From: Flectonema sp. DT1601
Lineage: Eukaryota
Assembly (NCBI GenBank): GCA_964019425.1
Contig: OZ025800.1
Span: 682,001 to 746,000, forward strand
Length of the DNA: 64,000 nt
Reading direction: 5' to 3'
In this document: piece by piece, positions 21,048-32,623 of the stretch
Position numbering within the stretch: the stretch's first letter is position 1
How the letters are laid out: every line of letters begins with the position of its first letter
The notes under the pieces: model-generated
What the model was told of the DNA's origin: nothing
Databases searched by the model: none
What the model saw: only the letters and a program-made list of their open reading frames with translations
Made by a program: the position numbers and the translations under genes

Positions 21048-24000
21048 TTAGGCAACTGGTGAGTCGGGTGAGTATTCCGCAACCTCTGCAGAGTCAACCA
21101 ATTGAGAGCAGTCATAGTCGTCATCATCATCATCAGCGTCATCATCAAAGACATGTGTTGTGAGTTTATAACGATAACTAGGAGGTGTCTGAGTACCATC
21201 ACTGCTGTCACTCTCAACAGTTTCAGACCTGAGACACTCTGGTGAAGGAGAAGGTGACGGAGGACTTTTCACATCAGTTTTTCTAATATCAGTAACACAA
21301 TCAAGAAGGATATCTTGTAAGTCTGGATCAGTTGTAAACTCTCTGTAGTCACTGCCGTCAGATTCGCTTTCAAAGTCATTGAAATGTGGATCTACAAAAT
21401 AAACACCAGCATGCCTACTTTTTTCATTAGAGTAAGTGGTACTTAGTTGTGGTGATACTGCTCTTGGATGGTTTGATATACTTTCATTAGATACTATCGG
21501 CTTGTCGAGTTCTTTGCCGAATTCACTGGTTAGAGAGAGATCATTTTGAGTCCCTGAGACTGACAATTCCTTCTCTAGGTTTGCGATTTCCTTTTGCAGT
21601 GAAAATATCTCATCTGTCATCGTGTCGATGGTGCTGACATTCTGTTTAAGTATATCCTCTAGAGTGACGGTTTCTTTTCGAATTCCGTCCAATTCTCGTT
21701 GCGGTAGCACCAACGGAGCATCTTCAATCGCCTTTAAAAGAACACATGAAGCAATTACTGATAACTTTTCCACTGCTCGCATTCGCTGTTCGTTTTTTTC
21801 TTTGCATTTCGCGCGGTCAAAGTTAAGTACTAAAGCCTTAGCGGGTGAGGTTAACTCCTCAATGTGACTACTGCTGAGTTCTTGTTCAGCAAGGCTTTGT
21901 TGTTGTTCTTTTATTCTCATGTCTAAGTCACTTAGTCCTAAAATCATACTCACCATTAGTCTTTCAGTGTCTCTACCTAATGCTTGATGAACTGATTCAA
22001 GATTCTTACTGAGAGTTAAAACTTCATGTTTGGCTGTATTATTATCAGATTGAACATTAAAACGCAAAGCCTCAAACGAATAATCTTTCTTCTCTCGTTC
22101 TTTTGCTTTACTTCTGGCTTTAATAGCGGCATAATGACTACTGTCACGTCTCATTAATGGAATTGTAACAACCGATTGCTTCCTTCGAAGCATTTGATGA
22201 CTGTCGACAGCTCCATCTCCATCATTGTTATTAGCGAAGTCATCAGCTTCTGGGAGGTGAAGGCTTTCAAAGACTTCAGGATCAACGAGGCTTGTTAAAT
22301 ATTCTTCGGATAGTTCTCTGATACATTTTCTGGGTATTCCATTTCCTAATCCAATTGATGAATTCAAAGCCTCGGAAACCCTTCGTAACATATCCCGTTT
22401 TGCTGATGTTATTTGCGCGCTTTCCAACACCAGTCCCAATGTAACAGTCGGATGCTTCAGAGCAGGAGTCCAAATTCGTTGCATCATATAGGCTCCGATA
22501 TAGCGGTTGAGGTCGGGGGAGAATGCATCGGATCGATACAAAAAAGAAACGCAACGATGGATCACCGCACAGATCACCCTCAATTCATGAGGCAAATATT
22601 TCGTACAACTAAGTATAGCCGTCAGAAATAGCTCACAACAAGTGTCAAAGTCTTTTTCAGTATCGGTGGATGCTTCGTAAGTGTTAAGGAACTTCTGAAG
22701 TGGTTCAGACAAAGCCAGCCTGACGTATTGTTCTGCTCTTGATCCCGTGTAGATGTTTAGAATAGATATCGCGAAGGTGTTGTCACCAAACAGATCACTA
22801 CTATCACTTTGTAGTTCACTGTTACTCATAAGCTCATAAAGTAATGCTTCGTAAATAAGTTGATGAGTGAGATCTAAGTGAGCACACAGCCCTACTAATG
22901 AAAGGCCTAATCTCCTACCAATAAAACCTGCCGCCATATCGTGTCGGGTTTTCTTTGTTGAGTCTTCATGAGATTGTTGGTGAGCAACATTTAGTTTTGT
23001 AAAAGTATCAATTAAATCAAATAAACGAACTCTACAGATTAACAACAACCATTTCATTGCTTCATATCGAGTTCGTTTATTACTAATTTCCTCTCCTTTA
23101 CCATCTCTTGTGAATGCTTTCACTACTTTTGCAATTACTTGTTTTAGTGGTCCAGTTTTTGGAGTTTTTCTGACTCTGCTCTTCGCCATTTTTTCTATTC
23201 TAAATGGAAGTCTGTCAATCTTAACTTCAAGGTAGAGTCTTTCTAGGCATCTTTGGATTTTATTACCCAGTCTTTCAGCGGTGAGATGATTATCTTCTAA
23301 GGGGAGAACTTCCATGTAATGCTCTTTACGATGTTTGTTGTTGTCGATATTATCTTCTTCGTGATCATCTTTTTTATCCAACGTCGTCTGTTGAATAATC
23401 ATGTACTGTTTGTTGCTGTTTCCTTCTGGACGGACTTGGATGAGAGCTTCCAACTGTTCGATTCGTATTTGCATTTCATAACGATATTGATACTCAGTTT
23501 GTTGAAAAAAATAAAGACACCGTTCTGTTATAACAAGAGCATAGCAATCATGTCCAAGGTCTGGTACTCTGACATTTAAAGATAAGAATATCACCGAGTC
23601 ACTTTGAGATTTTAAGAATGAAGTAATCCCGGTATGCTTACCAACATTGAGATAGTCTTCTTCGGTTTCAATTTCGGATAAATTTGCTTCTTCGAGAGCT
23701 CTCCGAAGTCTCACAGCTGATATCGTACGTCTCGCTGCTTCCATGTTTAGTATGGGTTCGCGAACCATGTCAAAGTGAAGTGGCGAATTCTTTTTCTTCT
23801 TTCGTAGTTTTACAATACATGCAACGAAGTCATCACGTGAGTCTCGATTGTCAAAAGAAAGTTTTGAAAATTGCCATTCAAGAGAAGGAATCTTCTCATC
23901 TGAATTAGGTTGCTGAGTACCTTCAGGATGGTAATGCAATACGAGATGTTTATCATTGGATTCAGTCATTACTATTTCAAGTATGCTGTGTAAATAAACT

Positions 24001-24392
24001 TGAAATCTTGGTTCATATTCGTAAACTGAAAGAGATCCTCCTTCTTGTGACCAGACATTTCCACCAACACCACCTCTACGAGAGTCATTCCTACTCGGTG
24101 TTAAGACTTCTGGTGTTGGACGTGTTTCGTATCCTTTCCATTCCCCACTCGATAAGAAAATCAATTGATCACTTGTCATCGCAACAGCGTAAGAGTCACA
24201 TCCACAGAACGGTACTTGAGCAGCTTTGCTGTAAAGAACTTCCTTCGTTCTCCAATGCTGTTTCAAAAACAAGGTGTCTTTCATTGCGCTCCGTGACCGT
24301 TCTTTGTAGTCTGTCAGTATTGTTGTGCTGGACCGATGTCGGTTGCTTTCGACTCCCCGTAGCTTTCGTTCATTTTTATCACCGCCCGGCAT
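21048..24392 (-). CDS. RasGAP-domain-like protein with N-terminal PH-like regions, a coiled coil and an acidic tail
   Basis: LFGDNTFAISIL...YVRLALSEPL...LPHELRVIC...IGAYMMQRIWTPALKHP follows the RasGAP pattern; likely start MPGGDK at 24392. Confidence 0.75.
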   Translation of the reverse strand: MPGGDKNERKLRGVESNRHRSSTTILTDYKERSRSAMKDTLFLKQHWRTKEVLYSKAAQVPFCGCDSYAVAMTSDQLIFLSSGEWKGYETRPTPEVLTPSRNDSRRGGVGGNVWSQEGGSLSVYEYEPRFQVYLHSILEIVMTESNDKHLVLHYHPEGTQQPNSDEKIPSLEWQFSKLSFDNRDSRDDFVACIVKLRKKKKNSPLHFDMVREPILNMEAARRTISAVRLRRALEEANLSEIETEEDYLNVGKHTGITSFLKSQSDSVIFLSLNVRVPDLGHDCYALVITERCLYFFQQTEYQYRYEMQIRIEQLEALIQVRPEGNSNKQYMIIQQTTLDKKDDHEEDNIDNNKHRKEHYMEVLPLEDNHLTAERLGNKIQRCLERLYLEVKIDRLPFRIEKMAKSRVRKTPKTGPLKQVIAKVVKAFTRDGKGEEISNKRTRYEAMKWLLLICRVRLFDLIDTFTKLNVAHQQSHEDSTKKTRHDMAAGFIGRRLGLSLVGLCAHLDLTHQLIYEALLYELMSNSELQSDSSDLFGDNTFAISILNIYTGSRAEQYVRLALSEPLQKFLNTYEASTDTEKDFDTCCELFLTAILSCTKYLPHELRVICAVIHRCVSFLYRSDAFSPDLNRYIGAYMMQRIWTPALKHPTVTLGLVLESAQITSAKRDMLRRVSEALNSSIGLGNGIPRKCIRELSEEYLTSLVDPEVFESLHLPEADDFANNNDGDGAVDSHQMLRRKQSVVTIPLMRRDSSHYAAIKARSKAKEREKKDYSFEALRFNVQSDNNTAKHEVLTLSKNLESVHQALGRDTERLMVSMILGLSDLDMRIKEQQQSLAEQELSSSHIEELTSPAKALVLNFDRAKCKEKNEQRMRAVEKLSVIASCVLLKAIEDAPLVLPQRELDGIRKETVTLEDILKQNVSTIDTMTDEIFSLQKEIANLEKELSVSGTQNDLSLTSEFGKELDKPIVSNESISNHPRAVSPQLSTTYSNEKSRHAGVYFVDPHFNDFESESDGSDYREFTTDPDLQDILLDCVTDIRKTDVKSPPSPSPSPECLRSETVESDSSDGTQTPPSYRYKLTTHVFDDDADDDDDDYDCSQLVDSAEVAEYSPDSPVA

Positions 24393-24440
24393 TGCACGGG
24401 CAGGATTAGTTTTCCTTTTTTTTTTTTTTTTTCTTTTTAC

Positions 24441-24480
24441 CTTTGAGAAAAATAAATTTCGAAAAAAGAAAAAAAAAAAA
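24441..24480 (-). promoter_or_regulatory. U-rich tract + AG, putative trans-splice acceptor of the RasGAP-like gene
   Basis: T-run-cttttttcgaaatttatttttctcaaAG, followed by an A-rich 5' UTR. Confidence 0.5.
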
Positions 24481-25106
24481 CACTCCACATGAAATACTAA
24501 GCAGATAATACATCTTAAGCAGTAATTGTATCTGTTGGTTGAAAACAAAAAGTGAAATTGAACTAAAGTAAATATTCAGTTTACTAATTATTTTTTTTAA
24601 CAAACACATCGAGTACTCGCTTCAGGCAAGATTCGATTTGATTATAATAAAGAAAACTTAATTACCAAATCACAGAACAGCGTATCCTCTCATTATTTTT
24701 TTTTTCTTCTTTTTCGAATGAAAGGAAGAAACCGCGCTAGCGTTTCCTTAAACCCATCGAAGTCAGGAGAAAAGTTCACGAGACACTCTTCACTGAACCT
24801 AAAGATGAGTCATACCGAAAATAAAACATATCAAATAATAATATTAATAGTTAAGAAGTGTGACATTGAGTAAATAAAAGATGAGGGGAAAAAAATAAGC
24901 GAAGGGATGTAAGAGACTTCCCGTGATATTGCTCTCATACACGCATAAAGGCTCACCTTGTTCAGAATGTGTGTAAATAACACAAGGGTACTTCTTATAA
25001 AAATATGCAGCCTCGTGTAGAAATATGCACAGGAAACAATTATATGAAAAAAAAAAAATTCTTTTGTGTACGCTATTCAGTGCGGTACACATTCTCAATT
25101 TTTGTA

Positions 25107-26633
25107 CTAAATATTAACTGCGGTATGAAAATAGTAGGCATTTAAACACCAACTACTAAAAGTTACACATGTGATGTTGGAGGAGCAGAGTAATGGAAGA
25201 AAGTATGCAGCTATGTCAGTCTCATCCCATGCCACACCAGTACAGTCTGTATCGAGAGGATTGTTTGATTTCATGTAATACGAAGTAATAGTTGATAACT
25301 TATCCTCTAAAGAACTGCACAGCGTCCCCCAATTCAGAGATGTTAACAACACTGCTAGAATACTAAAAGTACATAATCTATAAGCTGGATGCTCTAATAA
25401 CCCAACAGCTGTTAGTTGTGCTGCCTCATCAATTAGCTCTCTTGCAACTGGGTGAACTAAAAGGTTAAATAAGCTGCCAGAGACATTCTGTGCCAGACTG
25501 ACATCAGTTTGTCTCATACCAAAACAATTGTAGTGAGGTACGGGAGTATCTCGAAGGACATTAATACATGTTCTTAGCAACTCCCCAGCTAAGTCATCAG
25601 GTATAAAAACTGCTGCAGGAGATAGCAAGTTCAACAACGCCTGAAACAGCTCAGATCGAAGCTTCTGCGATGACCGAGGCTCTGCAGCCAACGCTACCAA
25701 ACTACTGATACTTCGATTGTTTAAGTGAGAGAACGTCGATCCGTATTTTCGTTTGCATCGAGCAATCTCAAATATTGCTCTGCAGTAACCTATTTTTATA
25801 CAACACGATTCATCTTTTGAAGACAATAGAGTATACAAAGGGGCAAGGGGTGCTGATATCATTAAAGCAAGTGTTAGATCAATTCGAAGTACTATTTCTC
25901 GATCACCTGACAAGTTACAAGTGTCAATCATTAGATTATTACCACTGTCAATATCGAGAACTGCTTCAGGGATAATATCAATCTCATCAAAGATGTCCCT
26001 GACTACGATGGTGCAATACGATCCGTAGTAGTGATCAGTCATTTCTGGTGTCCAGGTATTAGTCGTCCATATCCTTACTTTAGCCATTTGATGACTGTGA
26101 TTGTAATTACAGTACTTCCCTTTCTTTTTAGCTTCTATTGATGCTGATGTGCAGTATGGTGGAGCATGTGGTAGAACAGCACCAGGTATCTCAGGGTACA
26201 CTGGTACTCCCAGAAGACATTCAACTTCTATTTGCCATGTGATTGCCTCTCCTAAGGCGTCTTTTGAAAATTTAAATTCTCGACTTCTAATTTTTCTCGA
26301 TTTGAAATGTTTTGGTATCGGAACTCTCCACCTCACGGCAGCGCTGATATTTTGCATCTTTTCATTAATTTTGAGTCCCCGTTGGCTTTTATACAAGTAG
26401 TAATATTTCTTCCAGCTATCTGGTTCTTTCCCTTCTCCAGGAAGTCTCCAGGCATTGCCAAGGCAATTTCGGGTAAATATGACTTTCCAAAGTTTATGTA
26501 TTTTTGTAAAATTTTGCATCCACTTGCAGACTTCTTCCGCTGCTAAAATATCTGTTGGTCGTAAGAAACACAAACAGGTGAATACAATCTCCACAGGAAG
26601 TACCTGAAATGATTTCGCATCTTTTTCTCTCAT
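25107..26633 (-). CDS. F-box protein with C-terminal helical (ARM-like) region
   Basis: LPVEIVFTCLCFLRPTDILAAEEVCKWM...LWK...SWKKYY is an F-box consensus; likely start MREKDA. Confidence 0.8.
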   Translation of the reverse strand: MREKDAKSFQVLPVEIVFTCLCFLRPTDILAAEEVCKWMQNFTKIHKLWKVIFTRNCLGNAWRLPGEGKEPDSWKKYYYLYKSQRGLKINEKMQNISAAVRWRVPIPKHFKSRKIRSREFKFSKDALGEAITWQIEVECLLGVPVYPEIPGAVLPHAPPYCTSASIEAKKKGKYCNYNHSHQMAKVRIWTTNTWTPEMTDHYYGSYCTIVVRDIFDEIDIIPEAVLDIDSGNNLMIDTCNLSGDREIVLRIDLTLALMISAPLAPLYTLLSSKDESCCIKIGYCRAIFEIARCKRKYGSTFSHLNNRSISSLVALAAEPRSSQKLRSELFQALLNLLSPAAVFIPDDLAGELLRTCINVLRDTPVPHYNCFGMRQTDVSLAQNVSGSLFNLLVHPVARELIDEAAQLTAVGLLEHPAYRLCTFSILAVLLTSLNWGTLCSSLEDKLSTITSYYMKSNNPLDTDCTGVAWDETDIAAYFLPLLCSSNITCVTFSSWCLNAYYFHTAVNI

Positions 26634-27167
26634 ATTATTACCTTTTTTTTCTTTTCCCGTGTAAATATCTGGGTAAGGGTTATAGTTGTAACAGCAATGA
26701 ATAAAAATCAATAATAATAATTCATTTTACCTCCGTTTCAGAACATTGTTAACACTCCCCCTGTATTAGTGAAATGGATAAAGTATTTTGACTTCACGCG
26801 TACAGCTCTTCAGATAAATCGATTGTCCTGATCAAGTAATGTAACAAACACATTCAATCACATTAAAGATCTTAAAATAATTTTATATAAAAATATCAAC
26901 ACACGTGGCATGTGGTTGGTATCTGTTCTGGTGTAACGCTAGAGATCAGATTTCCTAAATTGTTTCAACACTCACCAGATTTTTTTTATTCAGGTTACCA
27001 AAAGAAGAGGAACAATTTACATTCTGAATAAAAAAAACTCTCACGAATTTAAACCTGTTGGGATAGATCTTCATAAGTCCAGCAACAAAGAGTGTCTCTC
27101 TTTGTTGTGTAATGCTGGATTGGTTTGATTACTAACAAACTGATACAACATCATTCTTCAGGTCACA

Positions 27168-28256
27168 TCATGCGAGGGATGACAATTCCAACCTCCTCTC
27201 TGATGGCTCATCTGATAGTATTGATAGAAGTAGTTCTCCGAGTCTCTTTGCAGATCCTTTTTGAGATCCGCGTTCCGCAAGTGACGAGGCAGAAACCTTA
27301 TTAGAAATATGAGTATAAGCAGTTGGTAGAATATCAGCTCTCAACACAGCTACTAAATCCGACAACGCCGGAGCGATATTTTCGGTTGATAATATGACTG
27401 AGGCTTTAGTTGAAAGTAGTGATGTTGTGTTGTCTTCACATTTCGCTATTTCTAAAGGAGTTAGACCCCCAAGCCAGAATTCAGATGCAACGCAACCCAA
27501 GGCAAATATATCAGATTTATCTGAGTAATTTAAATTATAAGCTTCTGGTGCGATGTACTGCCAAGACCCAACTAATGCGTCATTACAACGAGTGTCTACT
27601 GACAGCTGAGAGGATCCGAAGTCAATGAGAACACATCGACCGTCATTCTGAATTATTATATTCTCAGGTTTTATATCTCTGTGTATAACACCAGATAAAT
27701 GACAATGAACTATTGCTGCTCCAATCTGTCTGACTACAGTAGCAACCTCACCTGTTGTAGCAGTTCTTTTAGTATTCGTGTGAGTGTCGACTAATGCTTT
27801 CAGTGTTGGTCCTTCGACATAATCTTCAATAATCCAAAGCCTTAGACTACTCGCAAAGCATAAGTCAGACCAAGCAGTATCACTAAAAACTCCTAATATT
27901 CTACTAATGTTACTGTGATGTTGTACTTTAAGTAGGTGAGCTGCTTCTCGTAAACAGAATTCTAATTTCCCAGGGTCAGTTAGTGGTATTATTTTTATCG
28001 CAACAGAGTAGTTGTCTCGCTTATCGAATCCCCTCCACACCTGTGAGAATGATCCACTTCCTATGACCTCTTCAAGTGTAAATAACTGACGAGGTGTTGC
28101 TCTTGAGAGAATCTTTTGATAGTCTTCTTGCCAACCTTCAATATCTTCTAAGTCTCTCAGCATACCAGAAACACCTGAATTATTTCCTTTCGCAAATAAT
28201 TCATCAGTTGCATCCTGGCTTTCCTTTGAGGGACTTGTTAGACATAAGTTTCCCAT
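27168..28256 (-). CDS. Ser/Thr protein kinase with putative N-myristoylation/palmitoylation signal
   Basis: IGSGSFSQV, VAIK, HRDIKPEN, DFG, YIAPE and SDIFALG are all present; N-terminus MGNLC. Confidence 0.93.
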   Translation of the reverse strand: MGNLCLTSPSKESQDATDELFAKGNNSGVSGMLRDLEDIEGWQEDYQKILSRATPRQLFTLEEVIGSGSFSQVWRGFDKRDNYSVAIKIIPLTDPGKLEFCLREAAHLLKVQHHSNISRILGVFSDTAWSDLCFASSLRLWIIEDYVEGPTLKALVDTHTNTKRTATTGEVATVVRQIGAAIVHCHLSGVIHRDIKPENIIIQNDGRCVLIDFGSSQLSVDTRCNDALVGSWQYIAPEAYNLNYSDKSDIFALGCVASEFWLGGLTPLEIAKCEDNTTSLLSTKASVILSTENIAPALSDLVAVLRADILPTAYTHISNKVSASSLAERGSQKGSAKRLGELLLSILSDEPSERRLELSSLA

Positions 28257-28274
28257 TCCGCCTCCCTACTGTGT

Positions 28275-28292
28275 CTGAAAAAAAAAAAATTA
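28275..28292 (-). promoter_or_regulatory. U-rich tract + AG, putative trans-splice acceptor of the kinase gene
   Basis: T-run-cAG, 18 nt upstream of the ATG. Confidence 0.5.
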
Positions 28293-30598
28293 TTACCATG
28301 CTTAAATGGGAACACTTGTACTCATTTCATAATGTTATCAGTGTCGACTATATGTAACTCTGTGTGTGAGGTGTAATAATAAAAAAATAATAATTTCACA
28401 ACACAAACCCAAGATCTTATCAAAAGCTTTTTGCTTCATGATGTAGCTATCTCACCTACAGCACGGGAAAGACTTTTTTGGGTTTTAATAAATTTAAAAT
28501 CGGGGGAAGGGTTTTTTTTTTTTTTTTTTGAATACCTTTTTTTTTTTATGTTTTAATTATCCCTGCGGATTACATCCACATGAGAGACACGTCAGTGATA
28601 TCTTGAGAAAACACTTTAGTTTACTTTTACAACCGAAACTACATTGCGCAGCTGGGTAGAGACTCAGTAAAATAGAGTACAAGATATAAGCACATCAACA
28701 GCGAGAGTAATATATAATAATAAACAAGAAAAAAAAAACCTTCTCATCCAACTATTTAGATGAAACGAAAAAAGACTGTCAAATCTTTTTTTTTTTTTTT
28801 TTACCGACAAAAGTCTGGCTAACTTCACGCGGAGCATTATTTTTTTTTAATATCGAATGACTCGTACTGAGTTACACAGTTATATTTGAAGAAAATAAGC
28901 AGCTCTTCCAACTGGTACTAAAAAAAAAAAAAGAACATTAGAAAAAAAGGGGAACAATCACATTCACAGGCTAAGCAAATTCAGAACCCGTCAAATACAC
29001 ATAAAGAGGAGCGTTACTAGTCACCGACACTTAATATTTACCTAAAGAAGTTCAGGTTTGGTCGGAATACAGAAAAAAAAGAGCAGATACGTTTATAAAG
29101 CAAAAATAAAATATCATTTGGAACAGGGGATGTTCTTATCACCATTGCTTTCATATAAAGAAGCTCGTAACGTTATTGAGGAACTTCGGGTCCACAAAAC
29201 ACTTTTTGTGTTTTTTATATTTTTTTCCAAGTCGTAGTTTTTTTAAGAGCTAGATTTTGATGTTACACTTCGATATCATCAAACGGATCGCTTGTTAAAT
29301 TATTTTATCAGAATCAAGTTAGTCAAGAACAGTACGGTGCTAACCACATTGCAACAAAAATTAAAGTCAAATCAGTAATTAAGGAAAAAAAACATTATAT
29401 CACTTCACTCTCAGGAATGGTACACAAAAACACGTGAAAAAAAAGATTCATTCACGTGTTTCCATCGGAAAACCGACTGCTATTAGTTGATTGTTACAGA
29501 TGCGGGTTAACGTTTGGGATTTAAAAAGAAAAAAATATAAAACCACCGTCGCAAAAAGCAATAAGATTCATTCAGCCACTGCTTGAAAAACAGACGGGAG
29601 TTAAATTGCGAAAGGCTAGGGATGGAGAATCCATATCTCCAAAAACAGAAGAAGCGCCATTTCAATTATTACGCAGCTTCAATGACGTCACAAGATGGTT
29701 TCTAAAATATTGATAAGAAGAAATGTTCAAGTGAGATCAGTCGGGATAGGGCAGATAGAGTCGTTGGTCACTGTGCGTGAAAACGTTGTTGTAACCTCTT
29801 TCAGACTTTTCGATACGTTGCAACGATTGCAGCAAAGCTGTTTCCTGGCTCGTAGGTGTAGTCCACGTGTGAAGTCAAAAGGGGGGCCTTCTCGAAGAGG
29901 GAGTTCGTGTGATAGTTTGACTTAGGCCTGGAGGCATTGACCAGAATACATCATCGAATCTGGCAATTCGGGGGTCACGTCTGAGCGTCCCATGCCCTGC
30001 AGTCTGTTACAACTTACACTTAAACAAAGTCAAAAAAAAAAACAATTCCTATTTTTGCTAGTTCGTAGCACACTACTGGGGGTTAACTGTTCGATTTTGT
30101 ACGTAAAATACAAATGCATTGTATCATAAACAACATAATAATAATTTAACATTAGTTTTAGACACAGTGACTAAAGGTACTATTAGTGTTGGTATACACT
30201 ACTGGGGGGGGTGAAACTCTGACGATGTAAAAACAGTTGCATCTTTAGGTATTATTAAAAACAAAATTAATATCAAGTACTTGACTGAAATAATATTTAT
30301 AGTTGTTTATCAACGAAAAGGTACATTTAGAAAATTTAGAAAAAAGAAAACATAAAAGGGAAAATTATATTTTTTTTGCCCTATTTACCAGAAGACGTTG
30401 TCGAGTCTGGTTATTCTACTGGGGGATGAAATACTACATGGGGAGGGTGAGTGAAACTACATCTGTTGAGCCAGACAAACAACAATGAATTGAGTGGATA
30501 ATAGTGTCCACCTGGTTGTATACACAATCTCGTGAGGGACGAGGGATCAGGGAAGAGAATAACACTTTTGCTTTTGGATTAAATCAGTGAAAGGATTT

Positions 30599-32059
30599 TT
30601 ACTTTCCCTTACGCTTAATATGAGCCATTACGCCACTTGATGACTGAAGTACCGCACTAAATCTTGGAACGATTACGTGATTGTAGTCAATGACAACATC
30701 GAATTCCTGAAGAACCTCAGCAAGAATAGTTTTTACTTCTAAAGCTGCCATGTGTCTGCCAAGACAAAGACGTGGGCCGGCATTGAACTGTGGGAATCTG
30801 TACGGGTCAAAACCAGTGTAGACACCCTCATCATCTAACCAACGAGTTGGGTCAAATTTCATTGGGTCAGGGTACAGAGCAGGGTTAACGGTGAATGATA
30901 TTGGATGGAAATTAACATTCGTTCCTTCTAAAACCTTAGTACCTGAAGGTAGCGTATCATCTGTCTCTGCGCACTTTCCATCTAAAGGAACTGAAGGATG
31001 AAGTCTCAGAGTTTCAATAAAACATGCGTGAGAGTAATGCATGTCAGCAGGACCAGTAACATTCTTAATCTCTTCCTCAACTTTTCTTAAACATTCTGGG
31101 TTTCTACCTAATTCATAAAAGCACCAAGTGGATGCCGCTGCAGTAGTATCTCTTCCAGCAATTAAGAAGTTCATTACAACATCATGAAGGACTTCAGGGG
31201 AGCATTCCTGACCTTCAGACTCTGCGGCTTCAATGAAAAAGCGAAGCACGTCATTTGGAGCTTCCTCAAGGGATTTGGCAGCGCGATCAACGAGAACATC
31301 TCTGATGTAGTCGTTGACAACTTTTAGTGATTTTTTAAGACTCTTCTCAGATCCAATGTTAAGGTATTTCATAACTACCCAGATCGGGTTACTAAATCTT
31401 GAGAATGCATTTGCCTGAGCATCATCAAAACAACGACAGAACTCAGTGTCTCTCTTGTTTCCTTCTAAGCTGTTGACAGATCTACCAAAAGCAATCTCAT
31501 TAATCGAATCGAAGGTGTAGTTGAACATCAGTTTTTGAATATCAATTGCTTGTTTTGATTCAGCGTTTACTGATAATATTTTACGAACCTTCTCTCCATT
31601 TCTTTGAAAAACTGATTCCATGGCTCCAAGATGCTTTGTACTGAACATGTATGAAGCCATTCTACGATGGGTCCTCCAAGTGTCTCCGTCACTGTTGAAG
31701 ATTCCGTCACCAAGAAGATCGTCAAAAATAGCTTTTCTTGAAGACAGAGTGTAATTACTAAAGTTAGTCGACATCATATACTTTACATCTTCAGGGTCTT
31801 GAAGTACTAAATCAGTTCCATCAACTCCCTGCATGACCCATGACCTCCATCCGAAATCATCAGCACACTTCCTAACATAGGCGTAGAAAGTCCCTTGACG
31901 AATCAACTTAAGCACATGAAACGTAAGTGCAAACCCGAACTGTCCCTTCTTTCCTGGAAGTACACCCTTTTCTTTCTTGCGAGCATGCTCGCAGTAAGTT
32001 AGAAGTGCAACTGCAAAAGCACCAGCTCCGAGCAGGGTATACAATAGTAGGCTCAACAT
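30599..32059 (-). CDS. Cytochrome P450, resembling CYP86-clan/CYP704-like fatty-acid hydroxylases
   Basis: N-terminal TM anchor, LLGDGIFNSDG, AGRDTT (I helix), ETLRLHPSVP (ExxR), FDPTRW, FNAGPRLCLG heme motif. Confidence 0.95.
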   Translation of the reverse strand: MLSLLLYTLLGAGAFAVALLTYCEHARKKEKGVLPGKKGQFGFALTFHVLKLIRQGTFYAYVRKCADDFGWRSWVMQGVDGTDLVLQDPEDVKYMMSTNFSNYTLSSRKAIFDDLLGDGIFNSDGDTWRTHRRMASYMFSTKHLGAMESVFQRNGEKVRKILSVNAESKQAIDIQKLMFNYTFDSINEIAFGRSVNSLEGNKRDTEFCRCFDDAQANAFSRFSNPIWVVMKYLNIGSEKSLKKSLKVVNDYIRDVLVDRAAKSLEEAPNDVLRFFIEAAESEGQECSPEVLHDVVMNFLIAGRDTTAAASTWCFYELGRNPECLRKVEEEIKNVTGPADMHYSHACFIETLRLHPSVPLDGKCAETDDTLPSGTKVLEGTNVNFHPISFTVNPALYPDPMKFDPTRWLDDEGVYTGFDPYRFPQFNAGPRLCLGRHMAALEVKTILAEVLQEFDVVIDYNHVIVPRFSAVLQSSSGVMAHIKRKGK

Positions 32060-32623
32060 TTTTGTATTGTCTTTGTCACCTGAGAAATAGAATGGTGATT
32101 GCAATCACTTATCTGTTATAACTAACCTGTTTTGAACAATAATAAACAAAAGAAGTAGAATTATTAATAATAATTGAACAGGTACATAACGAACAACTGG
32201 GAAAAAGGGGCGCGAAAGAATCTAATAAGCATGCTGAGCAGCTATTTTGTTTCATCCCTAGATGACTTCCATACACGTTTCCTGAACCAGAAACTATAAA
32301 GCAAAAGTACACTACTAATTGTAGTTAATTGAAAGTAGGAAGAAGAAGCCTTAGCACTCTGAGATGGAAAACTCTGAGTGTGGTTCAAATAAACAAACAA
32401 AACAACAACAGAAAAAGTAAGGGGAATATATAAAAAAAAAAAAAAAAAACAAGGGGGAAAATAAAGAAATAACAATAAGAAATGTTTATTATCAGTTTTA
32501 TAAAGACCCTCCACTCCCCAGTAAGACAAAATAAATAATTAAAAAGAATAAACAAATTAAATGGGACGCACAGAACAAATTCGATACCACCCTTCTTCAG
32601 GGAGGTAACTTCACACACTTAAT

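Noticed and set aside
29695..30003. Slightly GC-richer segment after a gtaacAG that looked like an orphan exon
   Set aside because: The frame after the AG stops after ~42 codons, I found no upstream exon, and no family is recognisable
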